Origin: Candidatus Omnitrophota bacterium
Lineage (GTDB): Bacteria; Omnitrophota; Gorgyraeia; Zapsychrales; JAHFFX01
Direction of reading: 5' to 3'
DNA length: 64,000 nucleotides
Assembly (NCBI GenBank): GCA_023247725.1
Contig: JAHFFW010000004.1
Location: 19,921-83,920, forward strand
Shown here: in pieces, positions 37,785-46,338 of the stretch
Position numbering within the stretch: position 1 is the first letter of the stretch
Layout: each line of letters opens with the position of its first letter
Made by a program: the position numbers and the translations under genes
The notes under the pieces: generated by a model
What the model was told of the DNA's origin: nothing
Database searches by the model: none
The model's input: the letters and a program-made list of their open reading frames with translations, nothing else

Positions 37785-38806
37785 CCAAGCGTTGGATTTT
37801 TTTTATCGTGTTGTCCCTATTGGCAGGCGGCTGTGCAACCGAAGGAAAGAGGCATTTGCGCAAATATCATGAATCCCGTTTCTTGATGTGGACGACGGTC
37901 CAATTGGATGTCTGCTATAACAGCGAACAACAAAAAGAATTGGAATTGGCCGTTGCTAAAGTCTGGGAACGGATGGGCGAGATTTCCTGGAAGCTCAATG
38001 TCTATGACGAGAAAAGCGATGTAGCGAAAATCAATCGGGCCTATCCGGCCGCCGTACCCGTAGAAAAGGAAACTTACCAAGTGCTGAAGGACGCCTTGCG
38101 CTATTATCAGTTAACCTCCGGACGCTTTGATGTGACCGTCTGGCCGCTCATTCAACTGTGGAGACAAAGTGAACAAGAGCACCATTTGCCTTCCGGTGAA
38201 GCAATGCAGCGGGTCCTGCAAATTTTGGGATCGGACAAGATCGAGCTTTTGCCGGATGAAAGCGTTCGGATGAAGAGTCCCAAAACCCAAATTGATTTGA
38301 GCAGTATCATTGACGGGTACGCGGCGGATGTGGCCAAACGGATTCTCCAGGCGGAAGGATTTTCCCAATTCCTTATTGATACCAGCGGTGAATTATACGC
38401 GGCCGGAAAAAATTGCGAAGGCCATGAGTGGAGGATCGGAATCCGGCACCCGCATAAACCCGATCAGATGATTGGCGTCATCGAAATCGAGAACCAGTCG
38501 GTCACGACCTCCGGCAACTATGAAAAATTTTATGAAATCGAGGGGAAGCGCTGGTCGCATATTTTGAATCCTTTAACCGGTTATCCGGAAAAAGGAATCG
38601 CCAGCGCCACCGTCATCGGCCCTAATACCGAAGATTCCGATGCCTTATCCACCGCCCTGTGCGTGTTGTCGCCGGAGAAAGGCATTGAACTCATCAATTC
38701 GTTAGGAGAGGATTGGGCGGCGGTTCTTTACCTCGAGGACGGCGAGAAGCTTCAGGAAGTGGAGAGTCGGAATTTTGCCAAGTACCGCCTGAGGGGAACT
38801 CGATAA
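37781..38806 (+). CDS. apbE: FAD:protein FMN transferase lipoprotein
   Basis: LAGGC lipobox, FDVTV.PL, DGYAAD, TTSGNYE, HILNPLTG, DALSTA. Confidence 0.92.
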   Translation: MTKRWIFFIVLSLLAGGCATEGKRHLRKYHESRFLMWTTVQLDVCYNSEQQKELELAVAKVWERMGEISWKLNVYDEKSDVAKINRAYPAAVPVEKETYQVLKDALRYYQLTSGRFDVTVWPLIQLWRQSEQEHHLPSGEAMQRVLQILGSDKIELLPDESVRMKSPKTQIDLSSIIDGYAADVAKRILQAEGFSQFLIDTSGELYAAGKNCEGHEWRIGIRHPHKPDQMIGVIEIENQSVTTSGNYEKFYEIEGKRWSHILNPLTGYPEKGIASATVIGPNTEDSDALSTALCVLSPEKGIELINSLGEDWAAVLYLEDGEKLQEVESRNFAKYRLRGTR

Positions 38807-38847
38807 AAAATATTTGGAAATTTTTCGCAGCATTTTCAAATTGCGCT

Positions 38848-38874
38848 TTGAGCCAATAACCTTTTTGTTATAAT
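38848..38874 (+). promoter_or_regulatory. Putative extended -10 promoter
   Basis: TGTTATAAT at 38866-38874; TTGAGC 15 nt upstream. Confidence 0.5.
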
Positions 38875-38917
38875 ATGACCTGCATCAAATCCGAAAATTC
38901 GAAAAAGGAGACAGATT

Positions 38918-40945
38918 TTGAAGGAAACTCTCGCCCAACAGGGTGCGACCTACGGCTATGAAGATTTTATTGGGTCCATTGATGATTTTGAGAACAGTTA
39001 TTCCCCGGATATCAATCCAAAGACCTATTTTGGATTCCCTTTAATTCCCATCCTGAACGCCGAAAAAGCTCTTTTGTCGACGGATGTCAAGTCCGTGGCC
39101 TATTTTTCCATGGAATACGGCATAGCCCCAAGCATTTATCATTCCTTTGGTCTCAGTCGACCCCTGGATGAAAAAAACCAGTTTTTCAACCATGAGGTTT
39201 TCTCGAATTATTGGCTGTGTGATTACATTTTTAAAATCCAGATTGATAAAACCTTGGATATCCCGTTGTATGGCGGCGGATTAGGAGTTCTGGCGGGCGA
39301 TGCCATCAAAAGTTCGGCGGATTTGGGATATTCCGTCGCGGGGATTGGCATTTTATGGAATAAGGGATACTTCAAACAAAATTTCTGGTACAAACATGGA
39401 CAAGTCCCGGAAGAAATGACCTGGAATCCCAGGCGCTATCCGGGCCTCATCCCTTTGAAAACTATGGTCACTGTCAAGACAAAAGAGGGAGAGTTGCATC
39501 TGCGCGTTTGGAAATACTATATTTATAGTTGGGATCAAGAAAGAGTCTGCCCGATTCTTCTGATTGATTCGAATCTGCCCCAGAACCCGGAACATTTCCG
39601 TAAGCTGAGCGATCAGCTTTACCGCAGCGATCATCCCTGGTGGAAGATTTTCCAGCGAATCATTCTAGGAATAGGAGGAGTGAAGGCTCTCGAATCCGTC
39701 GGATATTCGATTGATTGCTACCATCTGAACGAAGGCCATGCGGCCTTGTCCATATTGGAAAAATATATTTCTTCCGAAGAAAAAAATCATCCGGGGTCAG
39801 TCAGGAAAAATTTCGTGTATACCTGCCATACTCCCGTTGCGGCGGGGCATGACCGTTTTCCGGTCGGGGAGGTGGAGAAAATTCTATTGCCGGAATATGG
39901 GCAGGCGGCCCATCAATTTGGCAAGGAATTCCCGCATTCGGATCAAATCAATTTGACCTTCATGTCATTGAATACCTGCCCCAAGGTCAATGCAGTGGCC
40001 GTCAAGCATGGCGAAATCATGCGTATGCAGTTTCCGTTATTTGCACAGAAAATTATCTCGATCACCAACGGTGTGCACATTCATACCTGGATGTCCGAAA
40101 GTTTTAAAAAACTCTTGGACCAATATGAGTCCGTCTTTGGCGATTGGCGGCGAAGTCCGGAAAATTTATCCCGTATTAGAGATCTCCGCGACGATCAGCA
40201 CTTTCGCCAGAATCTTTTTGCCGCCCATCAAGTGAACAAACGCAATCTTATGACCCTCCTTAAACCCTGGGGGTTGGAAGAGGATGTTTTTACCTTGGCC
40301 TGGGCTCGAAGGATCGCCGGCTATAAAAGGCCGGCCCTTATTTTTCATAACTTTCAGCGAGTCGTCGATATGGCCTATCAATTAGGGAAGGTCCAATTGA
40401 TCCTGGCCGGAAAAGCTCATCCCAATGACAATATCGGTGCCGCCCATATCGACGAGATTTTAGAACATATCGATGCGGTCAATGAGCACGGCAAGGTGAT
40501 CAAGGTTCTTATCTTGGAAAATTATGATACATATTTTGGGAAACTTTTGACCAATTGTGTGGATGTCTGGCTCAATAACCCTCTGCCGCCCTTTGAAGCC
40601 TCGGGCACGAGCGGCATGAAGGCGATCCTGAACGGGGTTTTGCAATTGAGTACATTAGATGGCTGGGTGGTGGAGGCAGAACACGATGACATTGGCTGGA
40701 TCTTCGGTTATCGCCATCAGGGACCGGATATTGGCAGCGAGGCCGATCTCCGACTCGAGGAAGACTCGGCGGCGCTTTATCAAATTTTGGAATCGGTCAT
40801 CCGACTGTATTATGCCACCAATAGGCAGGGAACGATCAATGCCCAGAGTCCCTGGCTTGACAAAATGATCAATTGCGTTGCCCGGGGCGGTTACTTTAAT
40901 GCTCAGCGTATGATGCAGGAATATTTTGAAAAGATGTGGCATTAA
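38918..40945 (+). CDS. glgP: Alpha-glucan phosphorylase (GT35)
   Basis: YFSMEYG, GGLGVLAGD, HLNEGH, TCHTPV, ITNGVH, ARR..YKR, GKAHP, EASGTSGMK PLP site; AAGGAG SD plus TTG. Confidence 0.92.
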   Translation: MKETLAQQGATYGYEDFIGSIDDFENSYSPDINPKTYFGFPLIPILNAEKALLSTDVKSVAYFSMEYGIAPSIYHSFGLSRPLDEKNQFFNHEVFSNYWLCDYIFKIQIDKTLDIPLYGGGLGVLAGDAIKSSADLGYSVAGIGILWNKGYFKQNFWYKHGQVPEEMTWNPRRYPGLIPLKTMVTVKTKEGELHLRVWKYYIYSWDQERVCPILLIDSNLPQNPEHFRKLSDQLYRSDHPWWKIFQRIILGIGGVKALESVGYSIDCYHLNEGHAALSILEKYISSEEKNHPGSVRKNFVYTCHTPVAAGHDRFPVGEVEKILLPEYGQAAHQFGKEFPHSDQINLTFMSLNTCPKVNAVAVKHGEIMRMQFPLFAQKIISITNGVHIHTWMSESFKKLLDQYESVFGDWRRSPENLSRIRDLRDDQHFRQNLFAAHQVNKRNLMTLLKPWGLEEDVFTLAWARRIAGYKRPALIFHNFQRVVDMAYQLGKVQLILAGKAHPNDNIGAAHIDEILEHIDAVNEHGKVIKVLILENYDTYFGKLLTNCVDVWLNNPLPPFEASGTSGMKAILNGVLQLSTLDGWVVEAEHDDIGWIFGYRHQGPDIGSEADLRLEEDSAALYQILESVIRLYYATNRQGTINAQSPWLDKMINCVARGGYFNAQRMMQEYFEKMWH

Positions 40946-40948
40946 GTC

Positions 40949-41764
40949 ATGAAACAATATCTTGATTTGGTTAATTTCATTCTAAAAAACGGCAGCCCAA
41001 AACAGGATCGAACCGGTACGGGAACGCTCTCCATCTTTGGTTATCAGATGCGTTATGATTTGCGTGACGGATTTCCGCTTTTGACCACCAAAAAAGTTTT
41101 ATTTTCAGCGGTCGTCCGGGAATTGCTTTGGTTCCTGAAAGGATCCACCAACATCAACGATGATCTCAAAGCGCACACCCCTATCTGGAATGCCTGGGCC
41201 GATGAGCACGGGGAACTCGGTCCGGTTTACGGCTATCAATGGCGCAAGTGGGAGCAATTCATCTGGGATGAAAAAAATAAAACTTATCAAAAGAACCATA
41301 TTGATCAAATGGCCCATGCCATCGCTATGATTAAGGCTGAGCCGCAGTCACGCCGGATCATCGTCAGTGCCTGGAATGTCGCCGATCTTGATCAAATGGC
41401 CCTGCCTCCCTGCCATGCCTTTTTCCAATTTTATGTTGTGGATGGCCGTTTGGATTGTCAACTGTATCAGCGTTCGGCGGATGTTGCTTTGGGTGTCCCT
41501 TTTAATATCGCCAGTTATGCGCTGTTGATGAGCCTGGTCGCAAAGGAGTGCCGTTTGTCTCCCGGAATTTTTGTTCACACCTTGGGTGATGCCCATATCT
41601 ATCTGAATCATGTGGACGGATTGAAATTGCAACTCCAGCGCAAACCCTTACCTTTGCCCCGCCTGCAGCTGTCTGATAAAAAAGTTTTAGAGATGACCTT
41701 CGAAGACATCCATCTGCTCCATTATCAGCATCATGAGTTTATCAAGTTTCCCATTGCGGTTTAA
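40949..41764 (+). CDS. thyA: Thymidylate synthase
   Basis: DRTGTGT, FPLLTTK, ELLWF, PPCH, YQRSAD..LGVPFN, HIY.NH. Confidence 0.97.
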   Translation: MKQYLDLVNFILKNGSPKQDRTGTGTLSIFGYQMRYDLRDGFPLLTTKKVLFSAVVRELLWFLKGSTNINDDLKAHTPIWNAWADEHGELGPVYGYQWRKWEQFIWDEKNKTYQKNHIDQMAHAIAMIKAEPQSRRIIVSAWNVADLDQMALPPCHAFFQFYVVDGRLDCQLYQRSADVALGVPFNIASYALLMSLVAKECRLSPGIFVHTLGDAHIYLNHVDGLKLQLQRKPLPLPRLQLSDKKVLEMTFEDIHLLHYQHHEFIKFPIAV

Positions 41765-41767
41765 TTC

Positions 41768-42316
41768 ATGAGGGCATTTTCCATCATTGTCGCCGTCGAT
41801 GCTCACTTAGGAATAGGGAAGGGCGGCCAGCTCCCCTGGCATTTGCCGACGGATTTAAAACACTTTAAAGACATTACGAACCGGACGCAGCATCCCGGTA
41901 AAATGAATGCGGTCATTATGGGCCGCAAAACTTGGCTAGCTTTGCCGGAAAGATTTCGGCCATTGCCAAAACGCTACAATGTTGTCTTGAGCCGCAGTCA
42001 GGATTCCACTCGCTTTGTTTCAGCTTCTTACCTAGCAAGAAATTTCAATGAAACGATGGAGTTTTTGGCGCAATCTCCTCAAGACCAGAAAATTGAAAAT
42101 ATCTTTATCATTGGAGGCGGACAGGTTTTTCAACAGACCGTAATCCTCCCGGCCTGCAACAAAATTTACCTCACCAAAATCCTTTTCGATTTCCAGTGTG
42201 ACACGTTCTTTCCGCCGATTCCTCCTGACTTCCAGGAAGTCTCCAAATCATCGTTACAAACAGAACAATCATTGAGTTTTTATTTCAGCGAGTGGCATCG
42301 CACGCCGATTTCTTAA
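41768..42316 (+). CDS. folA: Dihydrofolate reductase
   Basis: GIG..LPWHLPTDLKHF, MGRKTW, RPLP.R.N, IGGG, CDTFFP. Confidence 0.96.
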   Translation: MRAFSIIVAVDAHLGIGKGGQLPWHLPTDLKHFKDITNRTQHPGKMNAVIMGRKTWLALPERFRPLPKRYNVVLSRSQDSTRFVSASYLARNFNETMEFLAQSPQDQKIENIFIIGGGQVFQQTVILPACNKIYLTKILFDFQCDTFFPPIPPDFQEVSKSSLQTEQSLSFYFSEWHRTPIS

Positions 42317-42549
42317 CAATTTTTTGGCGATTTTTGGAAACGTTTCCTAAAAATCCGGGTTATTCGCTAAGTTATTATTACAGGCTGGTTTGTAGCAACT
42401 CAGGAAAAATCCCTGAAAAAATTTCCCAAAGTTCGCATGGTAGAATTTTTGTAAGTCATTTATACTTAAGATGATTCTGCAACATTATGTCTTCTGGAAT
42501 TCGGAACATAGTGGAGGGCTGTGTTTAGGAATTGCTCTTCCAGGAACAT

Positions 42550-43728
42550 ATGATCATTCCTAAAAAAATTAGCAGCAAGAAGCAGATTCTGGTTGTTGAT
42601 GACGAAAAAAGCATCACGCAAATGTTGGCCATGCTCCTTGAAACCCGCGGGTATGAAGTCAACATCGCTTCTTGCGGAAAAGAAGCCATTGACAAAGCGC
42701 AGCACCACAACCTTGATCTGATCCTGCTTGATCTGATCCTTCCCGATGTAGAAGGGTTTGAAGTCTGCCGTCGTCTGAAAGAAGAAAAAAGCACTCAGCA
42801 TATCCCCATCATCATCCTTAGTTCCAAATACCTATACGAAGATAAAGTCGAGGGCCTTTACCTGGGGGCCGATGATTATTTAACGAAACCATTCGATCAT
42901 GAGGAGCTTTTTGCTCGGATGGAAGCGGTCATGCGGCGCGGGCTTTTTGGCGGCCTGGATATAGCTCACGACGGCGCGGAAGCGTTGATTATCGAGTTAC
43001 GGAAAATCATCGATCAAGAATTGATCGTTCCCTTCTACCAGCCGATTTATTCATTTTGGCAGAAGAAGGTCTTTGGACTGGAGGTCCTTAGCCGACCGCG
43101 AACTCAAAGCATCTTGGCAAATCCAGAATTACTTTTTAAAGCGGCTTTACAATTTGGTCTTTATCCCGATTTAGAGTTGTTGGCCTGGAGAAAGGCCATA
43201 GGTCCTATTGCCCCGCAGTTGCAAGGAAAAAAATTATTTTTGAATTGCAATCCCTATCTCATCGAAGGTCCCAAATTTCTCAAAGTCAGATCCATTTTTG
43301 AGGAGAATCAAATACGACCACAGGATGTAGTTTTGGAGCTCACGGAACGCTCGGCCATTTCGGATTTTAAGGCATTTTATGATTGCCTTAAGCACTATAA
43401 AGAATGCGGATTTAAGATTGCTGTCGATGATGTGGGCGGGGGTTATGCCAGTCTCGAGGCCATTGTGGAAATCCATCCGGAAGTGGTGAAAATTGATCGT
43501 CACATCGTTAATGAACTCAGATTAGATCCATTTAAGAAAAGCATTGTGAAATTTGTGGTGGCCTTCTGCAGGGAAAATAACATCATGGCCATTGCCGAAG
43601 GAATTGAAACAAGAGAAGACCTCCAATCGCTCTTGGAGATTGGAATCGAGGCAGGCCAGGGCTATTATCTTTTTAGACCCAGCCCCAGGGTCGATATGGT
43701 CGCTATGAATAAAAATCTCCCCTTTTAA
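42550..43728 (+). CDS. Response regulator (REC)-EAL c-di-GMP phosphodiesterase
   Basis: VVDDE, LLDLILP, KPF REC motifs; QPI, EVL.R, ELTE, DDVG.GY, KID, EGIE, QGY EAL motifs. Confidence 0.92.
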   Translation: MIIPKKISSKKQILVVDDEKSITQMLAMLLETRGYEVNIASCGKEAIDKAQHHNLDLILLDLILPDVEGFEVCRRLKEEKSTQHIPIIILSSKYLYEDKVEGLYLGADDYLTKPFDHEELFARMEAVMRRGLFGGLDIAHDGAEALIIELRKIIDQELIVPFYQPIYSFWQKKVFGLEVLSRPRTQSILANPELLFKAALQFGLYPDLELLAWRKAIGPIAPQLQGKKLFLNCNPYLIEGPKFLKVRSIFEENQIRPQDVVLELTERSAISDFKAFYDCLKHYKECGFKIAVDDVGGGYASLEAIVEIHPEVVKIDRHIVNELRLDPFKKSIVKFVVAFCRENNIMAIAEGIETREDLQSLLEIGIEAGQGYYLFRPSPRVDMVAMNKNLPF

Positions 43729-43782
43729 TCCTCCTTAAATCCGTTCGTTTTCAACTCGTTCCTGTCGAAAAGTAAGTTCTTT

Positions 43783-43810
43783 TTGCAAATTGTAATTTCC
43801 TCATTATAAT
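43783..43810 (+). promoter_or_regulatory. Putative sigma70 promoter for glgB
   Basis: TTGCAA-N16-TATAAT. Confidence 0.55.
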
Positions 43811-43913
43811 GATGATGTTTTCGCAGTTCCGTTGGATTCTTCATCTTACGTCCGTCCCTTTGAATTGATTTCATTCCTGTTCTTTCTGCAGTTCGAGTCA
43901 AAAAATTGAGTCT

Positions 43914-45818
43914 ATGCTTGTGACCAAAATCTACCAGCCCATGTCAGAATCGGATGTTTACCTTTTCAAAGAAGGGAATCATTTCCGTTTATACGAATTT
44001 TTAGGGGCTCACCCGATGGTTCAAGATGACCGGCTAGGAACGCATTTCGCCGTCTGGGCGCCTAATGCCCGGCAGGTTTCAGTGATCGCAGAGTTCAATG
44101 GGTGGAATCCGCACGCTCATAAGCTTTTTGCGCGTTGGGACGGCTCGGGTATTTGGGAGGGATTTGTCCCCGAGGCGCAAAAAGGCCATCTCTATAAATA
44201 TCAGATTGTTTCCAATTACAATAATTACAAGGTCGAAAAGAAAGATCCCTTTTCTTTTTGGGGCGAACGCCCGCCGCAGACCGCTTCCGTCATATGGGAT
44301 CTTGATTATGAATGGCATGATTCCCGCTGGATGCAGAATCGGCAAAACGTCAACAGCCTTGACAAGCCCTGGGCCATTTATGAAATGCATTTGGGATCCT
44401 GGCGCCGGAACGTCGAGGAACACAATCGATTTTTGACCTATCGCGAGATTGCGGATTATTTGATTCCTTATCTGAAAGATATGGGCTATACCCACGTGCA
44501 ATTGATGCCGGTCATGGAGCACCCGTTTTATGGTTCCTGGGGCTATCAGTCGGTGGGTTATTTTTGCGCCACCAGCCGTTACGGCACTCCGCAGGATTTG
44601 TTGTCTCTTATTGATCAACTGCATCAGAACGACATTGGGGTGATCCTCGATTGGGTGCCTTCCCATTTTCCGACGGATGCGCACGGCTTATCCTATTTTG
44701 ACGGGACTCATTTGTACGAGCATGCCGACCCGCGCAAAGGTTACCACCCAGACTGGAGCAGTTACATTTTTAATTATGGCCGCAATGAGGTCAAAGAGTT
44801 TCTCATTAGTTCCGCCTTATTCTGGCTGGATCAATATCATGCGGATGGATTGAGAGTGGATGGAGTGGCCTCTATGCTTTATCTGGATTATTCCCGCAAA
44901 GAGGGAGAGTGGAATCCCAACGAATACGGCGGAAGGGAAAATATTGAGGCCATCAATTTTATCAAGCGCTTGAATGAGGTCGTTTATGCCGATTATCCGG
45001 GAGTGCAAATGATTGCGGAAGAGTCGACGGCCTGGCCCATGGTTTCGCGTCCAATTTATTCCGGAGGACTTGGATTTGGCATGAAATGGAATATGGGATG
45101 GATGCACGATACCTTGGAATATTTCTCTAAGGATCCCATTTACCGAAAATTCCATCACCAAGAATTGACCTTTAGCATGCTTTATGCCTTCACGGAAAAT
45201 TTTGTCTTAGCCTTCTCCCATGACGAGGTTGTTCACGGCAAGGGATCGCTTCTGAACAAAATGCCTAACGATGACTGGCAGAAATTTGCGAATCTGCGGC
45301 TGTTGTATGGTTATATGTATGGCCATCCGGGAAAAAAATTGCTCTTTATGGGCGGAGAATTTGCCCAGCGCAACGAATGGTATCACGAACAGAGTCTGGA
45401 TTGGCATCTTTTGCAATATGGCCCGCACCAGGGGATCCAGCGCTGGGTGCGGGATCTCAACCATTTTTACACCCATGAACCGGTCTTGTTCCAAAGGGAT
45501 TTTTCCTCTGAGGGTTTTGAATGGATTGATTGCCAGGACTGGCAACAGGGGGTGATTAGCTTTATCCGCAAGTGCCCTGGTCACAAACCGCTCGTGGTTG
45601 TTTGCAATCTGACGCCGACGGTTCGCCAGGATTACCGGATTGGAGTTCCCGAAGGGGGTTTTTGGGAATTGGTTCTCAATAGCGATGCAGCGCCATACGG
45701 AGGAAGCGGCCTGATCCATGGCGGCCAATCGGCCCAGGCCATCAGCTTTCACCAGCGAAGATTTTCTTTAAACTTGACCTTGCCTTCCCTCTGCGCCCTT
45801 TTTCTTAAATTAACCTGA
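43914..45818 (+). CDS. glgB: 1,4-alpha-glucan branching enzyme (GH13)
   Basis: FAVWAPNA, YEMHLGSW, SWGYQ, RVDGVASM, IAEESTAW, SHDEVVHGK. Confidence 0.97.
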   Translation: MLVTKIYQPMSESDVYLFKEGNHFRLYEFLGAHPMVQDDRLGTHFAVWAPNARQVSVIAEFNGWNPHAHKLFARWDGSGIWEGFVPEAQKGHLYKYQIVSNYNNYKVEKKDPFSFWGERPPQTASVIWDLDYEWHDSRWMQNRQNVNSLDKPWAIYEMHLGSWRRNVEEHNRFLTYREIADYLIPYLKDMGYTHVQLMPVMEHPFYGSWGYQSVGYFCATSRYGTPQDLLSLIDQLHQNDIGVILDWVPSHFPTDAHGLSYFDGTHLYEHADPRKGYHPDWSSYIFNYGRNEVKEFLISSALFWLDQYHADGLRVDGVASMLYLDYSRKEGEWNPNEYGGRENIEAINFIKRLNEVVYADYPGVQMIAEESTAWPMVSRPIYSGGLGFGMKWNMGWMHDTLEYFSKDPIYRKFHHQELTFSMLYAFTENFVLAFSHDEVVHGKGSLLNKMPNDDWQKFANLRLLYGYMYGHPGKKLLFMGGEFAQRNEWYHEQSLDWHLLQYGPHQGIQRWVRDLNHFYTHEPVLFQRDFSSEGFEWIDCQDWQQGVISFIRKCPGHKPLVVVCNLTPTVRQDYRIGVPEGGFWELVLNSDAAPYGGSGLIHGGQSAQAISFHQRRFSLNLTLPSLCALFLKLT

Positions 45819-45849
45819 GCTCAATAATCTGAAATATTGTTTGAATTCC

Positions 45850-45878
45850 TTGACGGGTATTTCTTTCCGAATTAAGAT
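45850..45878 (+). promoter_or_regulatory. Putative sigma70 promoter
   Basis: TTGACG-N17-TAAGAT; GAGGAG SD downstream. Confidence 0.5.
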
Positions 45879-45929
45879 ACTTTATATTTAAAACCATGCT
45901 TTTTCGCTAATCTTGAGAGGAGAATTGAT

Positions 45930-46250
45930 ATGAGTAAAGAAGAGGTCATTGAGACCGCCGGTAAAACTTGGAGGACTCTCGCTGAAAAAGGAGAGACCTC
46001 GATTGCCGATCTAGCCAAGATCCTGCAGCAAGAAGAAGAATTAGTTTGCCAAGCCATCGGCTGGCTTGCCCGCGAAGATAAAATCAATTACAACACCCGA
46101 AATAATAAGACGATGGTGTCGCTCGTTGAATCCGAAATACGGTCATTTGCGGGTTTGATGCAGCAAGCCCAGGCCGGTGAAGAAAATCCTGTCGCTCGAA
46201 AAAGCAATGCATTGACCGGCAAAACGAAAAATACACGCCGAATTTCATAA
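45930..46250 (+). CDS. Winged-helix protein, DUF2582-like
   Basis: AGKTW..L...AIGWLAREDKI signature; basic low-complexity tail. Confidence 0.8.
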   Translation: MSKEEVIETAGKTWRTLAEKGETSIADLAKILQQEEELVCQAIGWLAREDKINYNTRNNKTMVSLVESEIRSFAGLMQQAQAGEENPVARKSNALTGKTKNTRRIS

Positions 46251-46338
46251 ATTCCTAAAATAGAGCGCCACCAAGTCAAGAAACTGTCTTCTGCGATAAC
46301 CGATGGTATAAGTCCAAAGGAAGGAAGAAAGCAAGCAG

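Noticed and set aside
42317-42549. c-di-GMP riboswitch upstream of the REC-EAL gene
   Set aside because: No GEMM-type conserved motifs or stems recognised; the region is AT-rich and promoter-like
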